Assembly: GCA_015134315.1 (NCBI GenBank)
Contig: CP043973.1
Coordinates: 25,611 to 89,610 of the forward strand
DNA length: 64,000 nt
Source of the DNA: Candidatus Stammera capleta
Lineage (GTDB): Bacteria > Pseudomonadota > Gammaproteobacteria > Enterobacterales > Enterobacteriaceae
Direction of reading: 5' to 3'
In this document: piece by piece, positions 18,926 through 33,481 of the stretch
Layout: each line of letters opens with the position of its first letter
How positions within the stretch are numbered: the stretch's first letter is position 1
Translations under genes and position numbers: made by a program
Notes under the pieces: generated by a model
The model's database searches: none
Seen by the model: the letters and a program-made list of their open reading frames with translations, nothing else
Told to the model about the DNA's origin: nothing

Positions 18926-19771
18926 TTTTTTAATATATTTTATTTTTATAATTAATTTTGGTATATATTTATAATTAAAATATTTTTTTATACTTTTTTT
19001 AGATAAATAAATAATTTTATTTATTTTATTACCATTTTTTCCTATTAATATTTTTATATATTGTTTTTTAAATGTTATTAAATAAAATTCTATATATAAA
19101 ATATTATTTTTTTTATATAAATTATTTATTTTAAATTTTAAATTATATGGTATTTCATCTCCCATTAATCTAAATATTTTTTCTCTTAATATTTCTTTTA
19201 TGATATATTTATCTGTTTTATTAGTTAATATATTTTTTTTAAATAAGTGATTTTTATTAATTAAAAATTTATTTATTGTTTTATTTATTATATTTAAATA
19301 TTTTTTTTTTTTTAAATTTGTAGGTATTATATTATTTATTTTAAAATTTTTAATTTGTTGTATTATATTTAATAATAAACTTTTATTTTTTAATTTATCT
19401 ATTTTATTAATTAATATCAATAAAGGAATTTTTATTTTTTTTATAAATTTTATTATTTTTATTTCGTTAAAATTTAATTGTTTTTCTATAATTATTATAA
19501 ATAAATTTATATTATTATTTAGTAAATTTAGTTTAATATATTTTATAATATTTTTAAGATATTTTATTATATTAATATTGTTTCATCCTGGATTATCTAT
19601 GTAAATAAATTGTTTATTTTTTTTATTTTTTATACCTATTAAACTTTTTTGTGTAGTATTTTTTTTTTTACTTGTTATAGATATTTTCTTATTTATTAAC
19701 TTATTAAATAATGTAGATTTACCTACATTGGGTTTTCCTATTATAGAAATAATAGATAATTTTTTATTCAT
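18917..19771 (-). CDS. era: GTPase Era
   Basis: [34 protein letters not shown] and IYIDNPGW. Track ORFs 19583..19771 and 18917..19420 are in one frame joined through TGAs. Downstream of rnc as in E. coli. Confidence 0.93.
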
Positions 19772-19783
19772 AATTTATTTTAG

Positions 19784-20443
19784 TTAAAAGTGTAATCCTA
19801 ATTTTAATAATGCTTTTTTAGCTGCTATTTGTTCAGCTTTTTTTTTATTTTTACCTTTACCTTTGGTTACTTTATTATTAATTTTGCAATGTACTGTAAA
19901 AATTTTTTCATGATCTTTACCTTTTTTGTTATAAATATAATATTTAGGTAAAGATATTTTATATTTTTGTAAATATTCTTGTAATATTGTTTTAGGATCT
20001 TTCTTATTTTTATTTATTAGTATCTTTTTATTTAAGAATAAATATTTTATTGTGTTTTCAACTGTATTAATATTTCTACTATCTAAATATATACCACCTA
20101 TAATAGCTTCTAATGTGTTAGCCAATATAGATTTTTTATATTGTCCTTTCATTTTAATTTCACAATTTCCTAAATAAATATATTTATTTAATTTAATATT
20201 TTTTGCTATTTTAAATAAATTTTTTTTATTTACTAAATTGGATCTTAATCTGGTCATGTATCCTTCTTTTTTATATAAAAATTTTTTATATATAATTTTT
20301 GTTATTATAAAATTCAATATAGAATCTCCTAAAAATTCTAATTTTTCATTATGATTTTTATTAAAACTTCTATGTGTTAAACATATTTTTAAAGTTTTTT
20401 TTTTTATAAATTTATATTTGATTTTTTTTTGTAAATTTTTCAT
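19784..20443 (-). CDS. rnc: Ribonuclease III
   Basis: LTHRSF...NEKLEFLGDSILNF signature, with a C-terminal dsRBD (KKKAEQIAAKKALLKL). Confidence 0.94.
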   Translation of the reverse strand: MKNLQKKIKYKFIKKKTLKICLTHRSFNKNHNEKLEFLGDSILNFIITKIIYKKFLYKKEGYMTRLRSNLVNKKNLFKIAKNIKLNKYIYLGNCEIKMKGQYKKSILANTLEAIIGGIYLDSRNINTVENTIKYLFLNKKILINKNKKDPKTILQEYLQKYKISLPKYYIYNKKGKDHEKIFTVHCKINNKVTKGKGKNKKKAEQIAAKKALLKLGLHF

Positions 20444-20471
20444 TTATTATATTTTAATATTTATTTATTTT

Positions 20472-21353
20472 TTAAATATATTTTTTATATTTAATAATAT
20501 TAATTAAATTATTTTTTATTTTTTTTATATTTATTAAAATATATTCTGCTTTTCCTATTATTAAATTTTTATTTAAATATCCTCAATATCTGCTGTCTTC
20601 ACTATTATCTCTAAAATCTCCCATTACAAAATACATATTATTGGGTATAATTCATTTTTTTATATTTTTTTCTTTATTTTTTAAATATATATTATTTATT
20701 AATAATATTTCATGTTTTTTTTTATATAAAGATTCTACTTTTTTTTTTAATATTATTAATTTATATTTATTATTATTATTATATTTATTTAAATAAATAT
20801 TATTAAATTTTAAAAATTTTATTTTTATAATTCTATTTTTTTTAAATTTTACTTTTAATAATATTTTATTATTATTTTTATAATATTTAATAATATTTGT
20901 TAAATAATATTTTTTGTTTTTTTTGTTATATTTTTTATATATTTTGATTTTTTTATGTTTTTCATCATATACAACTAAATCGTTAGGTAATCCTATTATT
21001 CTTTTTATATAATTAATTTTTTTATTTCTTGGATATTGAAATACTACAATATCTCCATAATTCGGATTTTTAATATTTATTATTGTTTTATTATTTATAG
21101 GATTTTTAATATTATAAGTTAATTTATTAACTAATATAAAATCTCCTATACATAAAGTAGGCATCATAGAAGAAGAAGGTATATAATATATTTCATATAT
21201 AAAATATTTTAATATAGAAATAATTATTAATTTAGGTAATAGTTCATTAATAATTTTAATTATTTTGTTTATTATAGCAAAATTTATTATATATTTATTT
21301 AAATAATATAAAATATATAAAATTATTATTATAAAGAAAATATTTTTGTTCAT
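20472..21353 (-). CDS. lepB: Signal peptidase I
   Basis: IPSSSMMPTL (Ser box), GDIVVFQYP and YIKRIIGLPND (Lys box). After the TGA at 20652 it continues VMGDFRDNSEDSRYWGYL. TAA at 20472-20474. Confidence 0.9.
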
Positions 21354-21362
21354 TATATTATT

Positions 21363-23150
21363 TTAATTGAATTTTAATATTTTAGAAAATATTTTATTGT
21401 TTATATAAACATGTCCTATATTTTTCATTTTTTTTTTTCCTAATTTTTGTTTTTTCAATAATTTTTTTTTTCTACTTATATCACCTCCATAGCATTTTGA
21501 AATTACATTTTTTCTTAAAGCTTTTATATTAGTTCTATATATAATTTTATTATTACATAATATTTGTATAGTTATATTAAATAATTGTTTATTAATATAT
21601 TTTTTTATGATATTAATTACTCTATTACTTTCTGTTTTTAGGTTGTTTTTATGTATGAATTTAGATAATCCATTAATTATTTTATTATTTATAGCTATTT
21701 TGAATATAATAATATCTGATTTTTTATATTTATAAAATTTATAATTATATGAACAATAACCTTGAGTAATAGATTTTAATTCATTACTTAAACTAGTTAT
21801 TATTTCTAAAAGAGGAATTTTATATTTTAATGAAATATTATTATTTTTATTTATATATTTATAATTTTTTAATTTTCCTCTTTTTTTATTACATATACTA
21901 ATTATATTACTTAAATATTTATTATTAGATTTTATATAACATATTACTACAGGTTCTTTAATATATTTAATATTTTTAATTAAATCAATTTTATCTGCAT
22001 TATTTATATATATATATTTATTATTTTTAGTTTTAATTTTAAAATTAACTATAGGGTTTATTATATTTATATTAGAATTATATTCTCTTTTAAGCCTTTC
22101 TTTAATAATTTCTATATGTAATATTCCTAGAAAACCACATTTAAATCCAGATCCTAATATTATAGATTTTTCTATTTCATATGTTAAAGAAGGATCGTTT
22201 AATTGTAATTTTTGCAATGATTTTTTTAAATGATTAAAATCGTTATTTTTTTTTGGATATATACTAGCGAATATTTGTGGTTTTACTTGTTTAATTATTT
22301 TTTTATTATTTATTTTATTGTTATTATTATAAATTAAACTTCCTATTAAATTTTTTTTTATTTTTTTAATTTTACATGTTATTCAACCAACTTCTCCACA
22401 ATTTAATATTTTAATATTTTTTTTATTTGGTATATTAATAATAATTTTTTCTATATTATATTTTTTTTTAATATTAAATATTTTTATAGTATCATTTAAT
22501 TTTAAAACTCCTCTTTTTATTTTTATTAGCAAAAAAGCACCTAAATAGTTATCAAAATATGAATCAATAATTATAGCCAATAAAGGTTTATTAATATTTA
22601 ATTTTGGACATGGTATTATTTTTATGATATTTTTTATTATTTTTTTAATTCCATAACCTGTTTTTGAAGAACATAAAAAAATTTTTTTTTTATAATTTAA
22701 TTTTTTTTTTATTTGTTTTATAATTGTTTTTATTTTTATATTTTTAATATCTATTTTGTTTATTATAATTAAAATTTTTAATTTTAACTTTTTTGCTATA
22801 TTATAATTATTTAATGTTTGTGATTGTATTCCTTGTGTTATATCTATTAGTAATATAGCTCCTTCACAAATATATAACGATTTGGATACTTCATATGAAA
22901 AATCTATATGACCTGGAGTGTCAATTAAGTTTAATTTATAAATTTTATTTTTATAATTAAATTTTAGATTTACACATTGAGCTTTTATTGTAATTCCTTT
23001 TTCTTTTTCTAAATCCATATTGTCTAATATTCTTTGTTGATTTTTTGCCAATTTTTTTTTTGTACATATTTCTATTATTCTATCTGAAAATGTTGATTTT
23101 CCGTGATCTATGTGTGCTATAATACAAAAATTTCTTATATATTTTGTCAT
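21363..23150 (-). CDS. lepA: Elongation factor 4 (LepA)
   Basis: NFCIIAHIDHGKSTFSDRI and LIDTPGHIDF. Two track ORFs are in one frame and the gap was traced with no TAA/TAG. 595 aa versus 599 in E. coli. Confidence 0.97.
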
Positions 23151-23170
23151 TTATCTTTTAAAATTATTAA

Positions 23171-24606
<1,436 letters not shown>

Positions 24607-24610
<4 letters not shown>

Positions 24611-26334
24611 AATATTTTTTTATTTATTATTAATAGTAATTTTTTAATAATATTAATATTTTGTTTATTTTGTAAAAAATTTTTTAATGATTGTATTTTA
24701 TTATTATTTAATTTATTTATCTTTTTAATATTAATTTTATTGTTTATATTTATAAAATTATTAATATATTTTAGTTTATTATATATATAATTAGAGGAAG
24801 ATAATCCTATATTTGGTATTGATAATGAATATATAAAGTTATTTAATTTTATATTTTTAATTGAATATTTAATTGATTCTATTAATTTTTTAGATCTTTT
24901 ATATTTAAAATTTTTTATTTTAATTAGAGAATTAACTTTTAATTTTAAAATATCAAATATATTATTAATTATTTTATTTTTAATTAAAGTTTTAATAGTT
25001 TTTTTTCCTAAATATTTTATATTAAAACCATTTTTAGAAACGAAATTATTTATTTTTTTATTAATTTGTTCTGAACAATTAATATTTAAACATTTAGGAA
25101 GATTTATATTTAAATTAATATTGTTGTTACAAAATGGGCATTTATTTATATATAAATTATTATTTTTATTATATCTTTTAATAACTTTATTTATTTTAGG
25201 TATTACGTCTCCTTTTCGTTCTACTAAAATTTTATCTTTTATTTGTATATTTAATTTAATTAAATATTTTAAGTTATATAAATTTATTTTTTTAATTTTT
25301 GTTCCACCAATATATATTGGTTTTATAATAACGATAGGTGTTATTACTCCACTTTTACCTATTTTAAATTTTATATCATTAATAATTGTTTTTTTTGTTT
25401 TAGAGAAAAATTTTATAGCAATAGCTCATTTAATATAATTATTATTATATTTAATTTTTTCTTGTAATTTTCTATTATTTATCTTAATTACTATACCATC
25501 TATATTAAATTTTAAATATTTTCTTATTTTATATATTTTATTATAAAAATTTTTAATTTTTTTAATTGAATTACATATTTTTGTGTGTTTTTCTATATTA
25601 AAACCTAATTTTTTTAATTTTTTTAAACATTTAATATTATTTTTTATTTTTTTTCTGTTATTATTTATTATTAGATCATACGCTATGAATGATAATTTTC
25701 TTTTTTTAATTAAATTTTTATTTAATGATCTTATAGTACCAGATGTTAAGTTTCTAGAATTAGAAAATAATTTTTCTCTTTTAATTATTTTAATAAAGTT
25801 TTTTTTTTTAATAAATAATTCTCCTCTAATTTCAATTTTATTATTATATTTTTTATTATAAATTTTTTTTGGTATAGAAGATATAATTTTTATATTGTTA
25901 GTTATGTTTTCTCCATATATACTATTTCCTCTAGTAATTGCTTTATATAATTTATTTTTTTTATATATTAAGCTAATTGCTATACCATCAATTTTAAGTT
26001 CACAACAGAATTTTGTTTTATTATATTTTTTTTTAATTTTATTAAAAAATTTTTTTATATAATCAAATATATATATACTTTTTATAGAAAGCATTGGTAT
26101 AATATGTTTTGATTTTTTTATATTTTTATTTAATTTATAATTAATAATTTGAGTAGGACTATATTGATTTTTAAAATTAGGATATTTCTTTTCTAAATTA
26201 ATTAATTTTTGAAAATAATAATCATATTTTTGATTTTTAATTAAATTATTATTTTTATTATAATAACTATTAGAATACTTAATAATTTTATTTCTTAAAT
26301 TATTTATTTTATTTTTTATTTTTTTATTATTCAT
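24607..26334 (-). CDS. ligA: NAD-dependent DNA ligase LigA (no BRCT domain)
   Basis: Adenylation motif CELKIDGIAISL and TRGNSIYGENIT. After the TGA at 25426 the frame was traced through the OB fold, the Cys4 zinc finger (CPFCNN...CLNINC) and the HhH region to TAA at 24607-24609. Start taken at MNNKKIKNKINNLR (26334). An upstream in-frame ATG at 26400 is possible. Confidence 0.92.
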
Positions 26335-26426
26335 AAATATTATTTTATTAATTATAAATTTTATTTTGTAAATATTATATATTAGTAATAATATAAACAT
26401 ATTATCAAATTTTATTTTATATATTT

Positions 26427-27830
26427 ATGTTTTGATTATTTAAATGTTTTTTTAAAATTAACTATAAATTTTTATGTTATATTTTATTAATATTATTTAT
26501 TATAATATTATTATTAATATTAATATTAATTATTAAGTATATAATATTATATAATTTTTATATTAAAAAAAATATTTGTATTAAATCTAGTAGTATTTGG
26601 TATAAAAATTTAATTAAATTAAATACAAATAATAAGTTTCTTTTATATAAATATAAAAATAATATTTTTAATTTTATTTATTATAATATAGGAATACCTC
26701 CTGTTTGTTTTAAAAAATTATGATTAATTACTAATAATAATGAATTAATTAAATCATTAATTAATGATATAAAATTTTCTAAAAAGAATATATATATAAT
26801 TTTTTATATTTGAGAACCTGGATATTTATCTAATAAAATTATTTTAGAATTAATTAATGCCTCTAAAAGAGGAGTTAAATGCAAGATAATATTAGATGCT
26901 ATAGGTAGTATAAATTTTTTTAATACTAATTTATCATCATTAATGACCAAACAAGGTATACAAATAGTAAAATATTTAAAATTTAATTTAAATAATATAA
27001 TTTTTGAAAGATTTGATGTAAGACAACATAAAAAAATAGTATTAATAGATAATAAGATTATATATACCGGTAGTATGAATTTAATAGATAATAGTTATTT
27101 TAATAAAAGATCTACATTAGGAATATGAATTGATTTAATGATTAAGATTAGAAGTAAATTATTAGGCAATATTATTAATATAATTTTTTGTTATGACTGA
27201 GAATTACAAACCGGTATAAATATTTTAAGAAAGAAAATTAAGTTTAATAATTTTAATAAAACATTAAATTATAATAAATGTATTAATTGAGTTCAAGTTA
27301 TTACTTCAGGAAATGGTTTACCGAAAAATATTATCCATAGATTTTTATTAAATTTAATATTTTCATCTAAATATAGAATTATTATTACTACACCTTATTT
27401 TATACCTAGTGATTATATAATTGATGCCATTTGTACTGTATCTAGTAAAGGAATTGATGTAAGTATTATTATACCTGAAAAAAATGATAATTTTATAACT
27501 TATTGATCTAGCAGATTTTTTTTTTATGATCTTATAACATCTGGAGTAAAAATTTATTCATTTAAAGGTAATTTTTTACACACTAAACTGATTTTAATAG
27601 ATTATAATATAAGTATTTTGGGTACTATAAATTTTGATTTTAGAAGTATATGATTAAATCATGAAATAGCTTTATTAATAAAAAGTTTTTTTTTAAATAG
27701 AAAATTATTTAATATATTAAAAAAATATATGAATTTTTCTGAATTAATTAATTTAAAAATCATTAAAAGTAAGAATTTTTATGAAAGATTTTTAGAAAAA
27801 TTTTTTATATTATTTAATCCATTATTATAA
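26427..27830 (+). CDS. clsA: Cardiolipin synthase A
   Basis: Two HKD motifs: RQHKKIVLIDNKIIYTGSMNLID and FLHTKLILIDYNISILGTINFDFRSIW. IFYIWEPG and the C-terminal FILFNPLL compare with E. coli IWQPGG and FYFFSPLL. N-terminal TM segments. 467 aa. Confidence 0.92.
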
Positions 27831-28563
27831 AATTTAATAATTTTTTTTTTGTTATATAATTATATGTTTTGATATTAAATTTTTTTTTTATTACTTTGCT
27901 TAATTTTTCAATTCCATATATTTCTGATTTTTCATGACCTAATATAATTAAATTTATATTATATTTTATTATTATGTTGAAATTTAATTCAGATATTTCA
28001 CCAGTTATATAAGTATCTATATTATATTTTATAATTGTTGTTTCTATAAAGTTGTCTCCTTTTCCGCAACATAAACATATTCTATTAATTTTTTTTTTAG
28101 TTTTATAGAATATAAATATTTTAAATATTTTTTTTATTTTATTAATTAATTTATTATTTTTATTATTTTTACATATAATAAAAGGATTATTTTGATTAGG
28201 TAATATATTAATTTGTAAATTTAATTTTTTTGATAAAATAATATTATTACCTATTTTAGGATGTATATCTAATGGAATATGTCAAACATATAAATTTATA
28301 TTATTTTTTAATAATTTACTAATTATTAATTTATTAAAATTTGACAATATATTATTTTTTCATAATAATCCATGATGTACAATAATTGTATTACATTTAA
28401 GTAATATAGATTTTTTTATTAGTTTTATTGTTATACTTACACCGGTAATTATTTTATTTATTTTATTATTACCACCTATTTGTATACCATTTAATGAATT
28501 ATCTATTATATTATTACTTTTTAAATAACTATTTAATAATATTTCAAATTCTATATTATTCAT
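27814..28563 (-). CDS. ybgI: Nif3-family metal-binding protein YbgI
   Basis: MNNIEFEILLNSYLKSNNIIDNSLNGIQIGGNNKINKIITGV...NTIIVHHGLLW is colinear with E. coli YbgI (MKNTELEQLINEKL...NGLQVEG...VIVHHGYFW). 249 aa. The frame was traced to TAA at 27814-27816. Confidence 0.88.
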
Positions 28564-28592
28564 GATAATAAATTTATATTAATTATATTAAA

Positions 28593-28678
28593 CGGAGGTA
28601 GAGAGATTCGAACTCTCGAACGAAATTATCGTTTACGATTTTCAAGATCGTCGCCTTAAACCTCTCGGCCATACCTCC
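28593..28678 (-). tRNA. serT: tRNA-Ser (anticodon UGA, reads UCN)
   Basis: The reverse complement GGAGGTATGGCCGAGAGGTTTAAGGCGACGATCTTGAAAATCGT...GAGAGTTCGAATCTCTCTACCTCCG is colinear with E. coli serT. Long variable arm. No encoded CCA. Confidence 0.9.
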
Positions 28679-28685
28679 AATTTAT

Positions 28686-29495
28686 TTATATATTAATTGT
28701 ATTTTTAGATTTTATTATATAATATTTAATTATTTTTATATTATTTTTTTTTAAATATTTTTTTGTTTTTATATTTTTATTGAATAAAAATATTTGTTCT
28801 TTAAGACATATTTGTTTAATTTTTTTATTTATTATTTTATTTAAATCATTTTTATTTTTATTATTTTTATATTTTATATTTATTTTATTTTTTATTTTTT
28901 TAATATATTTATGTGGTATTGATTTTATATTTAAATATTTTGGTTGCATAGCAACTATATGTAAAGTTATTTTTTTAATCTTATTTGTTTTTATTTTATT
29001 ATTTTTATTAATTTTTTTTACTAAGATTATAGCACCAATTTTATTATTATGATTATAATCATAAATATATTGTTTTTTATTAGATTTTAAATATCTAAAT
29101 TTTTTAATTTTAATATTTTCATTTAATTTATTTGTAATTATATTTATATCTTTAATAAATATTTTATTAATATTTTTTGAGTTTATGTTTTTAATTAAAT
29201 TATTATTTTTTATAATATTTTTTATAATTTTATCTTTAAATTTTTTAAATTCTAAATTTTTTATAATAAAATCTGTTTCAGATTCTAATTTTATTATTAA
29301 TGAAATATTTTTTTTAGTTTTAGTTACTATAAATTCGTAAAAAGATTTATTTTTTTTTTTAATTTTTTTTTTTTTAAAATATTTCAAAGATTGATATATA
29401 TTGAAATTATTTTTTTCTAATATTTGTTTACATTTTAATATACTAATTTTTGTTATTTTTCTTAATTTTTTTATAATTTCTAATCTTTTTTTCAT
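28686..29495 (-). CDS. tsf: Elongation factor Ts
   Basis: N-terminal UBA-like IIKKLRKITKISILKCKQILEKNNFNIYQSLKYFKKK. Immediately downstream of rpsB, as in E. coli. The rest is very divergent and K/N/I-rich. Confidence 0.85.
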   Translation of the reverse strand: MKKRLEIIKKLRKITKISILKCKQILEKNNFNIYQSLKYFKKKKIKKKNKSFYEFIVTKTKKNISLIIKLESETDFIIKNLEFKKFKDKIIKNIIKNNNLIKNINSKNINKIFIKDINIITNKLNENIKIKKFRYLKSNKKQYIYDYNHNNKIGAIILVKKINKNNKIKTNKIKKITLHIVAMQPKYLNIKSIPHKYIKKIKNKINIKYKNNKNKNDLNKIINKKIKQICLKEQIFLFNKNIKTKKYLKKNNIKIIKYYIIKSKNTINI

Positions 29496-29501
29496 ATATA
29501 T

Positions 29502-30185
29502 TTATTTATTTTTACATATATTATATATTTTATATATTTTATTTAAATATCATTTTATAGCTTTTTTAGAATCATCATTTCCTGGAATTATATAATCTAT
29601 ATTATCTGGATTTGTATTGGTATCTACTATAGAAAATATTTTTATTTTTAATTGTTGTGCTTCTTTAATGGCTAAATTTTCATGTTTTGCATCTATAACA
29701 AATATTGCATCTGGCATTCCGTTCATATTTTTAATTCCATTTAAATTATTATATAATTTTTTAAATATTTTTTTTTTATTTAAATATTCTTTTTTAATTA
29801 AATTATTAAAAAATTTATTTTTAAATTTTTTTTTTAAATCTTTAAATAATTTAATAGATTTTTTTACAGTTTTTCAATTAGTTAATGTTCCTCCTAATCA
29901 TCTTTTATTTATATAAAATTGTTTACATTTTTTTGCTGTTTTTTTTATTAATTTAGATATATTTTTTTTAGTTCCTACAAATAAAATTTTATCTTTATTA
30001 ATAAATATTTTTTGAATTTCATGTAATGCTTTTTTAAATTGTTTAATAGTTTTTACTAAGTTTATTATATGTATTTTATTATATTTTGTATATATAAAAG
30101 GTTTCATTTTTGGATTTCAAAATTTAGTTTGATGCCCAAAATGTATTCCTGCTTTTATCATTTTTTTAATTGATAGATTTATCAT
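29502..30185 (-). CDS. rpsB: 30S ribosomal protein S2
   Basis: ATG at 30185 gives [32 protein letters not shown], then ILFVGTKK. The C-terminal part has IPGNDD. TAA at 29502-29504. Confidence 0.95.
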
Positions 30186-30267
30186 ATTATTATTTTAATT
30201 ATTTAAATAAATATATAATGTATTATATATTATAATATAATATTATTTTAAATTATATTTATTATAT

Positions 30268-31014
30268 ATGTATATTAGAATAAATAATTTTAAAGATATA
30301 AAAAATATTATTTTAGTTTCTAAAATAGTTCATAAAATTTTAAATTATATAAGTTTTTATATTAAACCTGGTATATCAACAGGAGAAATTGATAATATTT
30401 GTTATAATAAGATAGTAAATTATTATAAAGCATATCCTGCATCATTAGGTTATATGAATTACCCAAAATCAATTTGTACTTCTATTAATGATGTAGTTTG
30501 TCATGGTATACCAAGATATAATGAATTTTTAAAAAATGGTGATATTATTAATATTGATATTAGTATATGTAAAAATAATTATTATTCTGATGCTTCTAAA
30601 ATGTATTTAGTTGGTAATGTTAATAGTGAATCAATTAATTTATGTAGAGTCACAAAAAATAGTATATTTAAATCTTTAAAATATATAAAACCTGGAAATA
30701 AAATAAATTTAATAGGTAGTTCAATACAAAATTATGTAGAGAAATTTGGTTATTCTGTTGTTAGAGAATATTGTGGTCATGGTATAGGTAAAAAGTTACA
30801 TGAAGATCCTATTATATTACATTATAAAAATAATTATGAATTTACATTTAAAAAATATATGATTTTTACAATAGAACCTATGATTAATATTGGTAGCCAT
30901 AGAACTAAAGTAATGAATGATGGTTGAACAGTAAAAACTATTGATAAGTCTTTATCAGCTCAATATGAATATACTATTCTAGTAACAGAAAATGGTTATA
31001 AAATATTAAAATAA
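30268..31014 (+). CDS. map: Methionine aminopeptidase
   Basis: VVCHGIP, DISICKNNYYSDASKMY, EYCGHGIGKKLHE, FTIEPM and SAQYEYTILVTENG. Divergent from rpsB as in E. coli. Confidence 0.95.
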
Positions 31015-31020
31015 TTATTA

Positions 31021-31770
31021 TTATGTGTTTTTACAATAATATATTTCGTACATTTCTTTTAGTAATAATTTAATTATTTTATTTTTTTTTTTTTTTTTAA
31101 TATTATGTTTATTTTTTATTAAATTTTTAAATATATATTTTTCTATATTTATTTTTTTTATTATCATTTTTATGTTAAAAAAATTTTCTTGGTGTATATT
31201 TAATTCTAAAATGTCATATTTGATTTTTATTTTTTTTTTAATATAATTTTTTATAGAATTTATTTTTTTATTTATAAAATATTTTCGTCCTTTAATGTCT
31301 TTTGTAAATCCATTAATAAAATAATTTATATTTATTAAATCAGATTTAAAAAATAATATTATATTATTAATATAATCTAATGATGATATATATCCATAAG
31401 AATATATATTTATATCAGTTCTAATTGTATATATTTTAATTTTAGGATAATAATTTTCAATATATGTATAAATAGATATATTATTATTATCTAAATATGA
31501 TAATAATATATTTTTAATAATATTAATTATTTTTAATTTTTTATTTATTTCAAAATTATAATTTAATTTATATATATTTAATATTTTTGATTTTGTTTTT
31601 TTAGATATATATTTGATTAATTTAATTAAATTATTATAATTATATATATTATTAATATAATTTAAATAATGTTTATATGTATTTATTGAATTTATATAAT
31701 AAATATTATATATAGATATATTTAAATTTTCATTAATATTATTAAAATTTAATATTTTTTTTTTTTTCAA
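31021..31770 (-). CDS. Hypothetical protein (orphan, no recognisable motif)
   Basis: An uninterrupted 249-codon frame (no TAA, TAG or TGA) on the A-rich strand, which is the coding-type strand in this genome. There is no recognisable gene on the opposite strand. There is no ATG near the 5' end (TTG at 31770), and there are no Gly-rich or catalytic motifs. It is probably a real but unidentifiable gene. Confidence 0.45.
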   Translation of the reverse strand: MKKKKILNFNNINENLNISIYNIYYINSINTYKHYLNYINNIYNYNNLIKLIKYISKKTKSKILNIYKLNYNFEINKKLKIINIIKNILLSYLDNNNISIYTYIENYYPKIKIYTIRTDINIYSYGYISSLDYINNIILFFKSDLININYFINGFTKDIKGRKYFINKKINSIKNYIKKKIKIKYDILELNIHQENFFNIKMIIKKINIEKYIFKNLIKNKHNIKKKKKNKIIKLLLKEMYEIYYCKNT

Positions 31771-31866
31771 TTTGTTAATTCCAATTTTAAAATTTTTAAA
31801 TTATTTTTATATATTTAAATTTTATTGTTATATTTATTATAAAATTTTTTTATTAATTATTTAATT

Positions 31867-33471
31867 TTAATTTATATTTTTAAGTTCAATTATTCTATCA
31901 AATATTATTTTATTGTCATATAATTTTTTATTTAATTTAAAATATCCTTCTCTTTCAAATTGAAATATTTTATTATTATTAATAATATTTTTTTCAATAT
32001 ATCCTTTTTTTATTAATATAGAATTTTTATTAATTATTTTTAATATATTTTTTGTTTTATTTGGATTTTCTTTTAAAAAAAGATTATTAAATAATCTAAA
32101 TGTTACTTTTTTAGATTTTTTTTTTGATATTCAGTGTATTATTTTGATTTTATTTTTTTTATTAAAATTTTTATTATATTTATAATATTTACATTTTATA
32201 TATATATTTTTATTATTACTTTTTATATTTTTTGTAAATTTTATTATTCCTGCATATCTTAATTTTATATATATTGTTTTTTTGTTTTTTTTTATTTTTT
32301 TTTTTACTTTTTTAAAATCATTTTTATCTATATAAATATATTTATATAGATATATTTTTCGTTTTCCTAATTTAGGATTTATAGGATTTTTATATATATA
32401 AAATTTTTTTTTTTTTATATTAATCAATTTTATTTTAATTGGATTTAATATACACATTCTTCTTTCTGATTTTTTATTTAAATATTTTCTTAAATATCCA
32501 TTTAATATCGATATATTTATAATATTTTCTTGTTTACTTATACCTAATATTTTGCAAAAATTTAAGATTATTTTAGGTTTATATCCTCTATTTTTTAAAC
32601 CTGAAATTGTCAATAGTCTAGGATCATTTCACCCATTAATAATATTTTGTTTTATTAAAGTTTTTATTTTTCTTTTAGAGGTTAAATTATAAGTAATATT
32701 TAATTTAGAAAATTCATATTGTTTAGGTATATGATTAACTTCTATATTTTTTATTATTCATTTATATAAAGATCTATTATTTTGAAATTCAAGTGTGCAA
32801 ATTGAATGAGATATTTTTTCTATAGAATCTGCTATGCAATGTGCAAAATCATACATAGGGTAAATACATCATTTGTGTTTTGTTCTTGGGTGTATTTTAT
32901 ATTTTATTCTATATAAAATAGGATCTCTTAATATTAAATTATTAGATTTCATGTTTATTTTTGCTCTTAAACACATACTACCTTCTTTATATAAACCTTT
33001 TTTCATGTTTTTAAATAAATTTAAATTTTCTTTTATACTTCTATTTCTATATGGACTATTTATACCATTTTTTTTAAATGATCCTTTATTAATTTTAATT
33101 TGTTTTTTAGATTGTTCATCTATATATGCCAATCCTTTATTGATTAATATTTTTGCATATTTATAATATTTATTAAAATAATTTGATGAATATTTTATTC
33201 CATTATGTCATTTGATACCCAGTCATTTAATATTTTGTTTAATTTTTTTTATATATATGTTTTTTTCTGTATTAGGATTTGTGTCATCAAATCTTAAATA
33301 AAATTTACCATTATAATATTTTGCTATTTTGTAATTTAAATATATAGATTTTACATGTCCTATATGTAAGTAACCATTTGGTTCTGGTGCAAATCTTGTT
33401 ATTATTTTTTTATATTTTTTATTTTTAATATCTTTATTTATAATTTTATATATAAAATTTTTATTAATCAT
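31867..33471 (-). CDS. glnS: Glutamine--tRNA ligase
   Basis: [43 protein letters not shown], with C-terminal [11 protein letters not shown]. Three track ORFs are in phase and the gaps were traced with no TAA/TAG. 534 aa. Confidence 0.96.
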
Positions 33472-33481
33472 AATTTTTATA

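Noticed and set aside
28593-28678. A tRNA with anticodon UGA, considered as the possible decoder of the reassigned TGA codon.
   Set aside because: Anticodon 5'-UGA-3' pairs with UCA/UCN Ser codons, not with the UGA codon. The long variable arm and close similarity to E. coli serT make it an ordinary tRNA-Ser. The tRNA-Trp is not in this window.
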